A DNA stretch of 63,990 bases, filler included, from Neolecta irregularis DAH-3 (GCA_001929475.1; 8 parts of 8 records of this genome joined end to end with filler, not necessarily neighbours in it); one strand, 5' to 3'. Shown: positions 39,228-51,216, counted from the whole stretch's first letter. Program-made: numbers and translations. The notes: a model not told the origin generated them from the sequence alone.

Positions 39228-40392
39228 TCAGTCTATCTCCCTGGGACCTACAAACCCAATATACATGCCCCTTTGGTCCTTATCCTTAGAAACTACTATG
39301 ACATGTAGTGACGCTCGAAGAACTTCGGTCTCATCATCTTCCTTATCAGCATTCACCGGAACATCAGGATTGAGACCAATTACCCATTTGCCAACTTTCA
39401 GTCCTTTGAGGAAGTCTTCAAGATGAAACCTCCATGCTCGCTGCAATATATACCAACGATCCCACAATTCTCGCGCTTGTAGTTTTTGACCAACGACATA
39501 TTGTCCATAACTTTGCAAAAGGCTCAGGGTATGTTCCCAGGATGGAGGATACTCGGACTCCTCCCAGGTATATTCGTGTCTTATAAAGAGTGACAATCCT
39601 TTATCAACGGGATCAGAAAGAATATTTCTGTCTTTTGCCGTGAAACAAGCAATTTGCGTACAATCTCCAACATCCAAATGTATCTCATCAGGAAAGACTT
39701 TGCTCAAGTCTTGTCCTAACGCATTGCGTACTGTTCCCACTCCATGGAAACTAACATCATATCCCCAATTATTAGATTCTCTCTTTGCCCAATCCTGAAA
39801 CTCGCCTCGAGACCATTCGAAACGATGATCGTCATTTCTCATTTTGTAAGGTATACCAGGACGAGAGAATCGACATCCCTGACCAATCATCTCAAACAGT
39901 AAATTGAATTCGCGGTTCGGCGTTGTAATGATTAACAGACGAGGTTTCAAACGATGTAGTAAAACAGTTGCAAACTCATGGACAGCAGGTGGATCAAGGT
40001 GTTCAAGGACTTCTGATGCAACTATAACTTCGTGAGATGGGTCTTGGAATTCTTCAAATGAACCTTGGTTGGGTTAATAGAGCTTACATAGAATGATTAC
40101 CCTCGTATAACTCAACAGTCAAATTTCTCCATCGATCTCGCTCTTGTTGTGTAGCTATTCCCGCGTATCTGAGCGATTTTACAGCTATATCGATGCCTGT
40201 CAATCGCGTTATTGGGAGATCGTCATCGCAAGGAGTTAAAAAACTCAGAAGCGAGCCTTCACCACACCCGACTTCAAGAAGGCTTGTAGGTGGAGGAGAA
40301 AGTGATTTGAGAATTTCTTGAATTGCGATTCGACGTTGCAACCATAGTTCTGGATTAAATTGAATATGTGGTGAATGTTGATCAGATGCCAT
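39228..40392 (-). CDS. HEN1: Small RNA 2'-O-methyltransferase, Hen1 family
   Basis: FNPELWLQRR, EVGCGEGSLL, EVLEHL, TTPNREFN, RNDDHRFEWSRGEFQDWA. Confidence 0.9.
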
Positions 40393-40724
40393 TTATCTTC
40401 AAAGATAAGCAACTCACAATTTGCTTGTTCCGTTAGAGATGCAATGATAGCATTGCAATTGGCGTGCTACGTGTTTTCTTTTCCACAGCTAAGCAGACCC
40501 ATATTTCTGCATTCGTAACTTTAAGGATATTCCTATATCTAAACACAAAGTTATTCAACGGCTGACTTACTATGGTAGCTTGTGGAAAATTGCATTTATT
40601 AGAATCGAGTTTTCATGCGGAATAGATATATTATAGATCCGCTAAAGTACCTTTAAATGTGTACTCTAAAATTCTGAATATGAAGCACCAATCCAACTCT
40701 CCTTTCCATCCCCTTGAATCAAAC

Positions 40725-41548
40725 CTATACAAGCCGTTTTAACACTAACGCCACCAATATCATGATACAAATTGTGATAAGCCCATCTATTTTATATGAA
40801 GTAGGCAGGCGGTTGGGTTCTACGACGATCTCGGGATCCGATAGAGATGCTTCTATCGAGGTATTTGTAGAAGGACTGTTTGTCTCATTCGTAGAGGGGT
40901 CGTTGGTAGTGGTGGTCTTTGATTTATCGGATTCGTATCCAAATTTGAGTCCATTAACATTTTCTTCTTGATCGGCGGTTTGGGAAACCTCGACATTATC
41001 AGGAAGCAAATCAATGTTTTTGACTCCACATTGTGGACAGCAGTAATCTCTAGATCTGCCGTTAGCGTGAAATGATTGAACTTAATGATACATTAGAGCA
41101 ATTTGTTTTCGATCCGCTGGTTTAAGGTCCATTCCTCCGATTGCTCCATCGGCCGGTGATGGGAAGAAACCCACAAGGCCCAGCAATGCAGTTCGTACTT
41201 GGAAATGAACAGCTGTATTCAAGTCGAGATACCTCCCCATGCAGGTCTCCACAATTCTGCATGATGCTCGGAAATACTCAAACAAATCGCCTTGTTTACT
41301 TCAAACCTCCCGCTCTCATGAGAAAAGCGAAATGTAGGAGGAGCAAAGGGATATTGCGCGGGTAGGAATATTCGCCCGTGATATCTCCCACCCTCGAAAT
41401 CTGTTCCAGGAGGTCCCCTGAGTGTGAAATGCCATTCGAATAAATTTTCGTCTAGAGGCGCAGCATGGAAATCAGGCTCTATAGTCATGTCCTTTGCCTC
41501 TTGGAGAATACGACGGACACCGGCATTCTTGGTGTTGTAGGAGGACAT
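40725..41548 (-). CDS. UBC6: Tail-anchored ubiquitin-conjugating enzyme, UBE2J1/Ubc6 family
   Basis: YNTKNAGVRRILQEA, NLFEWHFTLRGPP, GRFEVNKAICLSISEHH.E.WRPAWG; C-terminal TM segment. Confidence 0.88.
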
Positions 41549-42661
41549 ATGGAGGCGATAAGACAAAGAGGTGACTTGATGAAATGACAGACATAATTGG
41601 CCCGGTTGGGATCACCAGACTTGTCCACCCAAACTAACGTTTATAGAACAAGTATATAGTCAAGGTCCATGTACTTATTTCCAGATGCAAAGAAGACTCG
41701 AGAAAATTTGGGACCAGTTTATGGAATAAAAGAAGCTTGATGGTGCCACCTAGTTCAATTCTCCCAAATATATAGCGAATGAGACCTTTTTCACTCATAA
41801 TTCCCCAGTTTGTTCGTGTTGGCCCAAGCTTTTAGTTTTTGTACTAGACCTATCAAATGAGATACCGTGTTCATGATAGAAAACAGGCGAAGCTCTTGCG
41901 CTACCTTGACAAACCATCCAACATGACGCCATGTGAGCACTTTGGGTGTCCGGACTAGTACTCGGTAGACTTGGGTTAAATAGCGGACTCTTGTAGATAC
42001 TCAGAATCAAAGTAACTACGCAAATTCAATACTTGGTTGAAGCCTGGTCTGTTAGTCCGGTTAGGCACTACTTACAACATAAACAGGCTTGTGCTCATTC
42101 GCTATCTCTCTTACCTCCTCTTTTACATATCTGGTGGCAAGACATGTGACAGTCTTTAATGGGCAAGGCGGTGCCCCCCTGCCACCACACGTAATATCTG
42201 ATCTCTGCCTGTGGGATACCGGCACGTTCCCCAGTCCTGGAACTAACAAATAACATGCAGAGGCTGTACCGATTTCTCATTAGTAATTGACGATAGCTTG
42301 ATATTTCAGTTGCTGTTGAATTTTCTATTCCTTCAATTATACATGCCTCGTACCACGGTAAATAATTGAGTGCTATGTAAAATACCAGAATTAAGGGAGC
42401 AGCGGGTCTTTTATAACGTACCTGACGATATCGTCTATTAAACCGGTAAAATGATTATACTCTCATGTATCCCAGTCGCGCGCAAAATATCACGATGCGG
42501 TAATTCTGCCAAGTTCTTGAGGCAAATTTGCGGAATCATCTATTTTAAGTAGTGATAATCGGTAAAACAGGCCAAATTCGCGCAACTAGGCATAAATCTC
42601 GCACAAGCTATAAAAGCACCACTGTGGCCTTGTCCTGGGGTTCATTATTGCCGAATCCATC

Positions 42662-42944
42662 ATGTCTTCAACTGAAATCGCTTCTTCTGTTACTGCTGCC
42701 GCTGATCAAAATTGCGGGTGCAAGGGATCTGGTTGTTGCTGCGGGTCTTTGTGTGCTTGTCAAGGCTGTTCAAACAAGGGTTTGGATGTCGATGCTTGTT
42801 CTTGTGGAAGCTCCGACAATTGTTCTTGTGACAAGGACAACTGCAAATGTCGAAAGTGTAGTGATTGTAAATGCGCAGGAGCTACCAAGAAGAGTATGGT
42901 CTATTATCGGCTGGTGTTAACTCGTAGTTCCCGGATGTTGCTGA
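42662..42944 (+). CDS. Metallothionein (82 aa, 19 Cys)
   Basis: CxC/CC/CCC clusters and no aromatic residues; intron 42894-42927 gives the C-terminus KKIPGCC*. Confidence 0.88.
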
Positions 42945-42996
42945 GGAGCCAGGATCAGGAGTGGATCTCTTTTGAAACGAGTATATTTTTTGGGCA

Positions 42997-43172
42997 GAGA
43001 TTGGCAGGCCTTGATTGAAACTTGAATATTACATCCATATTGCCACATACAATATTTGAATTTGAATCCAAACGAATCTCTCGAATGAGATTTGCGGGTC
43101 TTGATTGAAATGAATATTTATCACATTGCTACATAAAACACCTGAATTTGAGTCCAAACGAATCTCTCGAGT
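42997..43172. repeat. ~90-bp diverged tandem duplication
   Basis: Two copies of GAGATT..CTTGATTGAAA..TGAATTTGA(A/G)TCCAAACGAATCTCTCGA. Confidence 0.88.
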
Positions 43173-43231
43173 CAAGTTTTATTCATTATTCAACGCCAAC
43201 ATTCCACTTGTGTTGTTGACCCACCGCCACA

Positions 43232-43990
43232 ATGATAATCAAACCGCCGGATCACGAACCAACAACAGACGACGAACTTTTCTCCGACGACGACGATGTG
43301 AATAAGCCAGTTGAAAAGTCCGCGTCTCCAGGAAATCAATTTCCCTTCGACCCGAATGTGCGTCATACAGGACCAAAAGGAGTCCGCGATGACGCCCGTT
43401 TACATGATCAAATCCAATTTGAAATAGCATGCCAACGGTCTCGGGAGCAGTACGAGCGTGAATACAAACGTGCTGCAAAAACTACAACGTATCAGCAGGA
43501 TATGGAACAGCAGTCCCTCGATGACAAAAGATTGAAGAGCAGGGCAAAGTATGGAGATTTAGAAAAGGTTGATGCGGATGGGTATCTCTCTGCTACAGAA
43601 ACAGTCGAGCGGTTAATGGTGCTTGTATACGACGAGGTGCCATCCCAAGGTTTCTGAAACTGATTGTGAGACGCAAGAGAGTTTAGATATTTCGAATGCA
43701 TTGCATGATCTTGCTAGGTTGTTCCCGCGATGCAAGTTTGTAGAGTTACATAGAACCGAAGCGGAAATGGATAAAGTTGGGATTCCTGCGATTCTTGGAT
43801 ATCGGAATGGGGAATTGAAGGTCAATTTAGTTCGTGTGATTGATGAGATACCGATTGGGCAGGATGTGAATGCCGAGTCCCTCAAACAAGTGCTTTTTAG
43901 GTGGGGATGCGTTTTGGAATTACTGATGATAGGAATGGTACTCTGGATGAATTACTTGGGGATGAATGTGAAGATGAGGATGGAGATTAA
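43232..43990 (+). CDS. Phosducin-like protein (PhLP1 type)
   Basis: HTGPKGVRDDA, YGDLEKVDADGYL, GIPAILGYRNGEL, acidic tail. Confidence 0.88.
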
Positions 43991-44032
43991 TGTAAAAATG
44001 AGAATTAGGATGGGGATTATAATTGGTCGCGT

Positions 44033-44140
44033 TAATGGTCATTCGATTCAAACGACCTTGCATAATGGTCACTCGATTCAATTGACCAGAAAAAAAAGCA
44101 GTTCGATTCAAAATGACTGGTTCGATTCAGATCAATTCAG
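44033..44140. repeat. Degenerate repeat with TCGATTCA core (B-box-like)
   Basis: Cores at 44041, 44071, 44101 and 44120. Confidence 0.7.
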
Positions 44141-44261
44141 GGGAATTCTGATTAATACATAGTTATATTTAATAGTCTACATAATAAGAATCCTACGTAA
44201 CTCGAAAAATTCGAGGAGGATATGTTCCAAAACACACATGAGAAGGAGAAAAAAGACCGAG

Positions 44262-45025
44262 TTAAACGGCGACCTTGCTCGTTGTGAAATTCCACATGTC
44301 TCTGAGGAGGGTGTCTGGGAGTGTATAGAGATCGAGATGGAATTCTCCTTCTGGACAGATATCAGCGAATGTAGGGTTATTGTACGAGTTTGGCAGACCT
44401 TCTACGTCGTTTTTGACATACATGGATGGAGTTTTTGCTTCGTTGACCATTTGGACGATTTGCAAGAGATCATCTTCTTGTAGTTTTTGAAGACCTTCAG
44501 CGAGTTTGTCCATGTCGATCTGGGAAGATTAATAGGGGAGGGATTGTAGAGGTACAGATTTCATGGAATCGCTCTTCTTTTTCTTGTGTTTTTCCACATC
44601 CTCAAGCTTTCTCTTGTCCTTTTTGAGGGAGGGATCTTCAGAGGTCATACCTGGGACGGCCCCGCTTTCAGCGAGTAGTCTAGTTAGGCCTGGTTTGGGG
44701 TTTTTGAAACTCTGCAAGTGAGTAAGAGTTGGAGAGAGAAAGTACGAGAACGTGCGGGACCTCGTAGGTCTGCTGCTGAAAATGCAGATCGTGTCTGAGG
44801 ATCTTTTCTCCAGCCTTTTCAGCAAAAGTGAGGGCGACTTCAAGATCGAATTCGCCCCATCCCTGTTCTTCAAGCTTGAAGGGCGGTTTTTTGAGTGCTT
44901 GCGAGTCAGCTGTATATATCTCTGAATGACTAAAATTACTTCTGTTTGGCTGTGCAAAAGTGGGATGCAGCTTGTAGACGACTTTTTCGATGAAGGAAGC
45001 GGGAAGTGACTCGCCGTTTGGGCCG
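44262..45025 (-). CDS. TAF14: YEATS/ET-domain protein Taf14/Tfg3, 5' part lost in the gap
   Basis: KVVYKLHPTF, PPFKLEEQGWGEFD, MDKLAEGLQKLQEDDLLQIVQM, GEFHLDLYTLPD. Confidence 0.93.
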
Positions 45026-45125
45026 NNNNNNNNNNNNNNNNNNNNNNNNNNNNNNNNNNNNNNNNNNNNTTAATTAATTAANNNNNNNNNNNNNNNNNNN
45101 NNNNNNNNNNNNNNNNNNNNNNNNN
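45026..45125. other. Artificial contig linker
   Basis: N44-TTAATTAATTAA-N44. Confidence 0.98.
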
Positions 45126-46496
45126 TGTTTCGCAAAACACCTGAAGTTCCAAACGAACTCTTTACTCGAAAAGCATTCATAGAGCAAGACAATCTCTTCC
45201 ATAAATTATCGCGGTCACCCTTTCCAGGAATGCGTGAAAAGGGAGAAACAATAAGAAGACTGGCGAAATGTCCTGTCAGCGGTACACCAGTCGCTTTCGA
45301 ATGTCCGGATTGTGGATTTCCTACCCATGCAACCAAGGAGGATTGGGAAGTCGATAAAGATCACGACAACTATTGTGATCAACTACGCATAGCAAATGTA
45401 GACGAACACGATGTGAGGAGCGGCCGTCAGTTTCCTGAATTAGAATTTCCCAGTAAGATCATCAGTCTAATGGACATGGACTAATTCAGTAGCGGGTCAG
45501 GATCCTGAATGTACAGTAAATATGGACAGTTGGGATTTACTCTTGTTCACACGGCAGTTTCCTCCTGCCAACTCGGAGCGATCTCTTCGACATGTATCAA
45601 ACGTAGGCATTCAGCAAAATACTCATACTGACGAAATCAGCTCCTAAGTTATCCTATGACTGTTGCATCTGTATTATACCAGTTTTCGCCATATATACTC
45701 AAGAATCGCCTCACTATCGAAGGCCTCAAATCCCTCACGGGTTGGTCTAAATCTTGGTAAAAGATCTCATAGAATAGCCCTCCGCTTTGCATTACATCCA
45801 AAAAACATTGCAGCAGCTGCTGAAAGCCTACCCTCAGACCGTGACCTCCTCCAGCCAGTTAGAATTTTCATTGTAGGCGCCCGTTCAGAAGCCTCTCTCC
45901 CAAAGTTTTTCTGGCAACAAATGGCCTACATGTTTCCCCACTCTAAATTCAATATAATATTTATCGGTCCAGAAGCCAATATCGGCCTGGTCGGGGAAGC
46001 CGGTATAAGACAGTGTAAAAGGGAAGACGAAGCTCGAGCACGAGCCGGATTAGAACCTCTAGATCGAAGTCAGAAAACTGTTGAGGCATTCTCGCCACAG
46101 TTAACTTTCATAACATACCCCGAGGTATTTCAGGGCTTGCATGAATCAAAAACATTTGTTCCATACGACCCATATTACGATGTATTTTTCCTTTTCGGTC
46201 CCGGATTGGCGTATGAAAAAGTACAAGAAGGTTGGAGAACTACGATCAAACAGCTGCTCGATACCAAATGTGCGATATTTTGTACGGGATACAATGAAAA
46301 GGACATGAAGAAAGACGTCAATTTTATCCAAGATAACTTTTCCTGTCATTATGACATCTTGTTGACTCCGGGAAAACATCGATTTAAATCGTTGGCATAT
46401 GAACCCAGTTGGTTTGATCCTCGGGAGATTGCACAAACAAATTGGGGTATTTACGGAATAAGAGGCAAAAGGTATCAAGTCCGTGCTGCAGAGTAG
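45126..46496 (+). CDS. MSS51: Mitochondrial COX1 translational regulator Mss51, 5' part lost in the gap
   Basis: QDNLFHKLSRSP, FECPDCGFPTH, NVDEHDVRSGRQFPE, IVGARSEASLP, PYDPYYD, TNWGIYGIRGKRY. Confidence 0.93.
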
Positions 46497-46654
46497 AACA
46501 TCGCAGGGAGTTAGGGTTTTGTTCCAATAGAATAATGCTGTTTAAAGTGTTTGGAGTGTTAACATTTCTAAATGCTCAAATTGAAGAAACGCAGCTATGA
46601 AAGAGTTTAAGAGGTATTTCGAGGAAATATCTAAGCATTTAGATAGCCCGGAAA

Positions 46655-46888
46655 TTATGGACATGCGAGATTCAACAACCAGATAACGCTCATAAACAGC
46701 CCAACTCGTAATTGTGTGTGGGTTTCAAACTCGAATTGTAAGTTGTCTAACCAGTTGTGTTTCCAACCCATCAGTGATATTTTCTCGGCCGTATCTTCGT
46801 CTGATATAGGCTGTAATGGAATAGCTACCCCTAAATCCGCAATATCCAATGTCATATTCGCTTTTGTTCTTGGCCCAACTATCCAGTC
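46655..46888 (-). CDS. C-terminal fragment of an unidentified gene, truncated by the gap
   Basis: Frame open from the contig end to the stop at 46655. Confidence 0.35.
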   Translation of the reverse strand, partial: DWIVGPRTKANMTLDIADLGVAIPLQPISDEDTAEKISLMGWKHNWLDNLQFEFETHTQLRVGLFMSVIWLLNLACP

Positions 46889-46988
46889 NNNNNNNNNNNN
46901 NNNNNNNNNNNNNNNNNNNNNNNNNNNNNNNNTTAATTAATTAANNNNNNNNNNNNNNNNNNNNNNNNNNNNNNNNNNNNNNNNNNNN
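46889..46988. other. Artificial contig linker
   Basis: N44-TTAATTAATTAA-N44. Confidence 0.98.
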
Positions 46989-47287
46989 GCTGGAACTCAA
47001 GGATAGATTACAATTATCTTCCTGGTATTGATTTGCCTGAACCAAGCATTCGTGATATAGAGCGAAAAATAAAAAATGGCTACAATACTGGAAATTGAAT
47101 TCACGAACGTCGTGTCATACATTACTGATCATATCACGCCCAAAGAAATGAAAGTGTACAAGTGCAGCGAAGGGTTTCTGTAGCCGCTGACCATCTACAG
47201 AATCTAGCATGAATTGCATTAGAGACCACAAAAAGACCCTTGAAACGTGATCATGAGGTTCGAATCACAAAACAGCAATATGACAAG

Positions 47288-47592
47288 TTAAGTACTTCCT
47301 TTGATCTCCTCCTCCCCTCGTTCCTTTTCCCAAGGTCATTTTTTCTCTTGTATTTTTTCACACTCTGCGCCTTTCGAAGAGTAACATACGCATTGAATTC
47401 ACTATCCTTCTTTGTGCTCTTTCTCTCAGTCTCAGCAATATCTTGAGAAATCTGTAAGATTTTAGAGCAGCGGAAACATCATCAGTATCTCCTTTCTTGA
47501 CAGACCACTTCTTTCGAAGGAAAAAAATGAGGCTAGATTGTTAGGGTATAAGACAGGCGACGTTGAGATCGAGGGATTCCTGTGAGTTGCTA
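47288..47592 (-). pseudogene. RPL13: Ribosomal protein eL13 C-terminal pseudogene fragment
   Basis: NSQESLDLNVACLIP*QSSLIFFLRKKWSVKKGDTDDVSAA, then frameshifted EFNAYVTLRKAQ; in-frame stop. Confidence 0.8.
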
Positions 47593-47632
47593 AAGTACAA
47601 GATCAGTACTTTGTTTAAACTGTTGGAATCAT

Positions 47633-48516
47633 TCAAGGATCACAAATTGTATTAGCCCAGTCATATCCTTTCCTCCAACAGACAATGTATCTTCCCTCTG
47701 AAGCCCCGTCAAATCCAACTGATGCATTCCAATCTTGTTCAACAGCAAAAACCTTTACACGTTGGCACTGCGGCCAATCACCGGCTTCAAGAACCACAAT
47801 CTTTGCTTCCCATTTCTCGGCAAGCTCCAATATTCGAAAGTAGAAGTAATCACCTCCGTGTACTGCAATTTCAGGTTCGTATAATCGCACAGAGCGATGG
47901 AGACGTTTGTATTCGGATTCGAGGACATATGGTGGATTCGAGGTCAGTATATCTACAGTTTTAATTTGAGGCAACTCCTCAAAAATATCGGCCTGGATAA
48001 ACCGTACATCAACGCGATTGTCGTTTGCGTTTCGGCGAGACAGTTTAACAGCATTCTGAGATACATCAATGCCCAAAACATGTGCATCTGGTATAACTGA
48101 TTTAAGAAGAAGAGGTATACAGCCAGTTCCCGTACACAGATCAACAATTCGGATTCCTTGACTCTCTTTGTTCTTTTGGATTCGATCTGCTAGTCTCATC
48201 GACCATTCCTCTGTTTCCCATCGCGGTATCAAGACCCCCTTCCGGCACTTGATATTAAGGTGTCCAAAGGGAACATCTCCTTTTTGTAAGATATTTGGGA
48301 CGACCGTGTGAAACCTAGAATGTATTGCAGAGGCATTCCTCTAGCTCTTTGAAAACATGATTTGTATATTTGGGCATGCGGATTCTTAGTTTTTGACTTT
48401 GCATAATCTGTTATCCATCGCAACTCCGCCTTTGCTGACTCCAAATCTCGAGTCGCTGTTAATAGAAGTCGCAGACATGGCGATGCCGTAATGGTATGAG
48501 GGCGGATTCGGGGCAT
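47633..48516 (-). CDS. MTQ1: HemK/PrmC release-factor glutamine methyltransferase (mitochondrial)
   Basis: RARGMPLQYILG, LIPRWETE, DLCTGTGCI, SNPPY. Confidence 0.92.
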
Positions 48517-49029
48517 CGAACGAGATTTCTTTTTCTACCTAATATTCTTTCTACAAGTTGAAGAGTAGCCGGTCAAACAAATACAGCATTTAAGCTTGAG
48601 AACAGGACTTTCTGTTTACAATGTCCAGTTCAAAATGAGATCGAGCATGTGGTACGACGACAGAAACGTAAACCCCAACAAAAGATTTCACAGACATCGT
48701 GGAAGTATATATTCATCTAAACATGCGAACAAATATTAAAGCCTAAGGAAAATTATATCCCGGATTAAATATCTACTTTTCTAATAAATTTTATCAGTTT
48801 CCTTGTCGATGCACACTGGGCAAACAAACCTTTCTGTTTGTCACGTGCATTTACTTGGTCAGATCGATCAAACGTTTCAATACTCCACATGTTTCTCCTG
48901 GATTCTGATAATGGGAAGATTAGATACAAAATAAATATCTATATCTCAATTCCAATAATACTCCCTCCGGAAGTGATGCCTCATTCACGGTTGCCGGAGA
49001 TCTTTCACAAGGTCAGCATTCTCGGCAAA

Positions 49030-49345
49030 TTTCCCATAGATCTCCTTTGGTACCAATACCCAGTCGCAAAAGAGTCATTGCTTGGAGGGGATCCGGAAGG
49101 CGCTATTCGCTCCGCTCTGGATAATCGAATGTGGGTTCATGCAATGTTGATTGCAAGTTGCCTGAGTAAAGGTCGATGGAAATCTGTCGTTAAGGAATTT
49201 TTCGGACAGCGCTTGAGAATGCAGCAGAAGGAAGCGAGAATTTGAAGGTCTTTTGCGGGTCATGGTAGCAATGCAGGTATGCCGCTGCCAATCATACGGG
49301 TACATAGTTGAAGAACTGCTACCTCCTTCATTGCTGTTTGTGCAT
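49030..49345 (+). pseudogene. SEC16: Sec16 central conserved domain fragment
   Basis: LLGGDPEGAIRSALDNRMWVHAMLIASCLSKGRWKSVVKEF, then frameshifted FAGHG..|VEELLPP; far too short for Sec16. Confidence 0.7.
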
Positions 49346-49803
49346 TCCAAACACTGAAGTTGAGAAATGTAGATTGTGGCTGAAGTGTCAAAGAAAGGAA
49401 TATTTGGATACAACAGATTGTATTACGGAGGTCGCAACTCGCAATTGTAGCGTTTTCGTGAGATTCCTTAACACAGCTTGGATAAAAATAAAAACTTCCC
49501 TTAGATTCTTGACTTGGACCGATAAAACATATCCATTCCTGTAACCATAACACCTAGAGTGCTACTTATAGAAACCAGTGCAGCCACATTGCTTATTGTG
49601 GTGACAAGTTACTTCAATAAAAGGCGAGGCCCGCTTTTACCATCTCTTCGGTTCTCGTAGTCAAGATCTAGGCACGCTTCCCCAATAATCTCAGAGCTAA
49701 GCTTAGTGATATATAACATATCATTGTAGTGTGCGTCTCCCTTAGCTTTGACATCCATTTCAGTTCCCACCCCAGACTACCACCAGGAATTGGATCTACA
49801 AAG

Positions 49804-50533
49804 ATGTCAATGCTCGATGATACCGATATTCACCAAGCAGCCGTTTCTCAAAAGCTAGATCTAGTGCCAATAGAGGTCACCCTTCGAGATGGAACGCCAG
49901 CCATAATCCACCCGCTGTTTCCCGGAAGCGAGATCCCTGATTCGCTTCTCTTCTCAATACATCAGACACTCAACAAGGAGATTGAAATGGGAGAGACCTA
50001 TCCTATAGAAAGACTCGTATCGCTTGAGGAATGCACAACCTTTTGGTTCGGAGCATTCTGTGCGGTAATGACAACCGGAAGGTTAGATGCAAAGTTTTTG
50101 GGGTGTTTCTTCGTATGGCTTCTACAAATCTGCTATTGACGCAATTAGATCAAGCCCAACTATCCAGGTATCGACTTTAGCTCACAGTTGACAAATTCAT
50201 CTTATTCTAGGTCGATGCTCACATGTTGCCAATTCGGGGTTTCTAGTTGCTCATGCTCATCGCAATCAAGGCATTGGAAAAGAATTGGCCAAGGCATTCT
50301 TGAAATACTGCCCCCAACTGGTAATTTCTATCATTGTTCCTCGTTAAGAATACAAGGGATACAAGTCTTGTGTCTTTAATCTTGTCTTTGCAACCAATAA
50401 GAGCAGCATACGGTTGTGGGAAAGCCTTGGATTTGAAAAGATAGGCACTGTTAAAAATGCAGCGAGACTGAAAGGGCATCAAGGTCTTACTAATGCGTTT
50501 ATCTATGGATATCAATTTGAGGAACAAACATGA
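49804..50533 (+). CDS. MPR1: GNAT N-acetyltransferase, Mpr1 (L-azetidine-2-carboxylate acetyltransferase) family
   Basis: MSMLDD, VTLRDG, EIEMGETYP, IKPNYPGRCSHVAN.GFLV, GYKSCVFNLVFATN, LWESLGF..IG.V..AARLKG. Confidence 0.88.
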
Positions 50534-50807
50534 ACTGTAAAGAGAATACTCAGTCGCTCCTTGGCCCTTGACATATGTGTAAAGAAGACAATTTTGGGAT
50601 GGTATAAAATTTAATGTGCTGTAATTTCATTTGAATCATGAGAGGTGCTTGTATCGTGACACAGTTTGCACCCTAACCGTTGAATACAGTCTATTTGCAC
50701 TTTCATAGCTCTTTGTATTAGTGGTCGGGTTAAGAATCGTTAATCATCTAAGGGGGTGACAACGCCAAGTATCTATTTCAACCTCCAAATTACATTGAAG
50801 ACCAAAT

Positions 50808-51216
50808 GATGGACATATTCTCAAATCTGTACCAATTTGGTTACTTTTTCATCGCTTTCCAAGCTCCAGTAAATGGTAGCATATTACATGAGATCCTTGC
50901 GCTTACAAAAAGCTGCCCCATATGACTACCCCACATCAGAGTCAAATTCACTATACTGGTCATTTATTTCTGTACTCACCTACTCCATTTTTTACTAACA
51001 AGTCATACCATCGCATTGACCGTGTTCGCTGCGATTGTTCTTGTGCTAACATGGAAAAAGATCGTGCGTCTAGTGCCGGACGCAATGAAATTTCCATTGA
51101 AGGTCTTTCGAAAGGATCAAGTAGCCATCAGATTGCTCGATGATGCTGAGGAAATCGAAGACACATTTAGGGATAATTCTGAGTATCATGATGAAGAGAT
51201 CATGGTGCGACGTTAA
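50808..51216 (+). CDS. Small single-pass membrane protein (hypothetical; start uncertain)
   Basis: TM segment IALTVFAAIVLVLTW followed by a basic then acidic tail. Confidence 0.4.

Noticed and set aside
41640..42300. Short minus-strand ORFs upstream of the metallothionein
   Set aside because: Multiple stops and no identifiable homology
42300..42660. Metal-response elements in the metallothionein promoter
   Set aside because: No convincing repeated Ace1, Cuf1 or Zap1-type consensus seen
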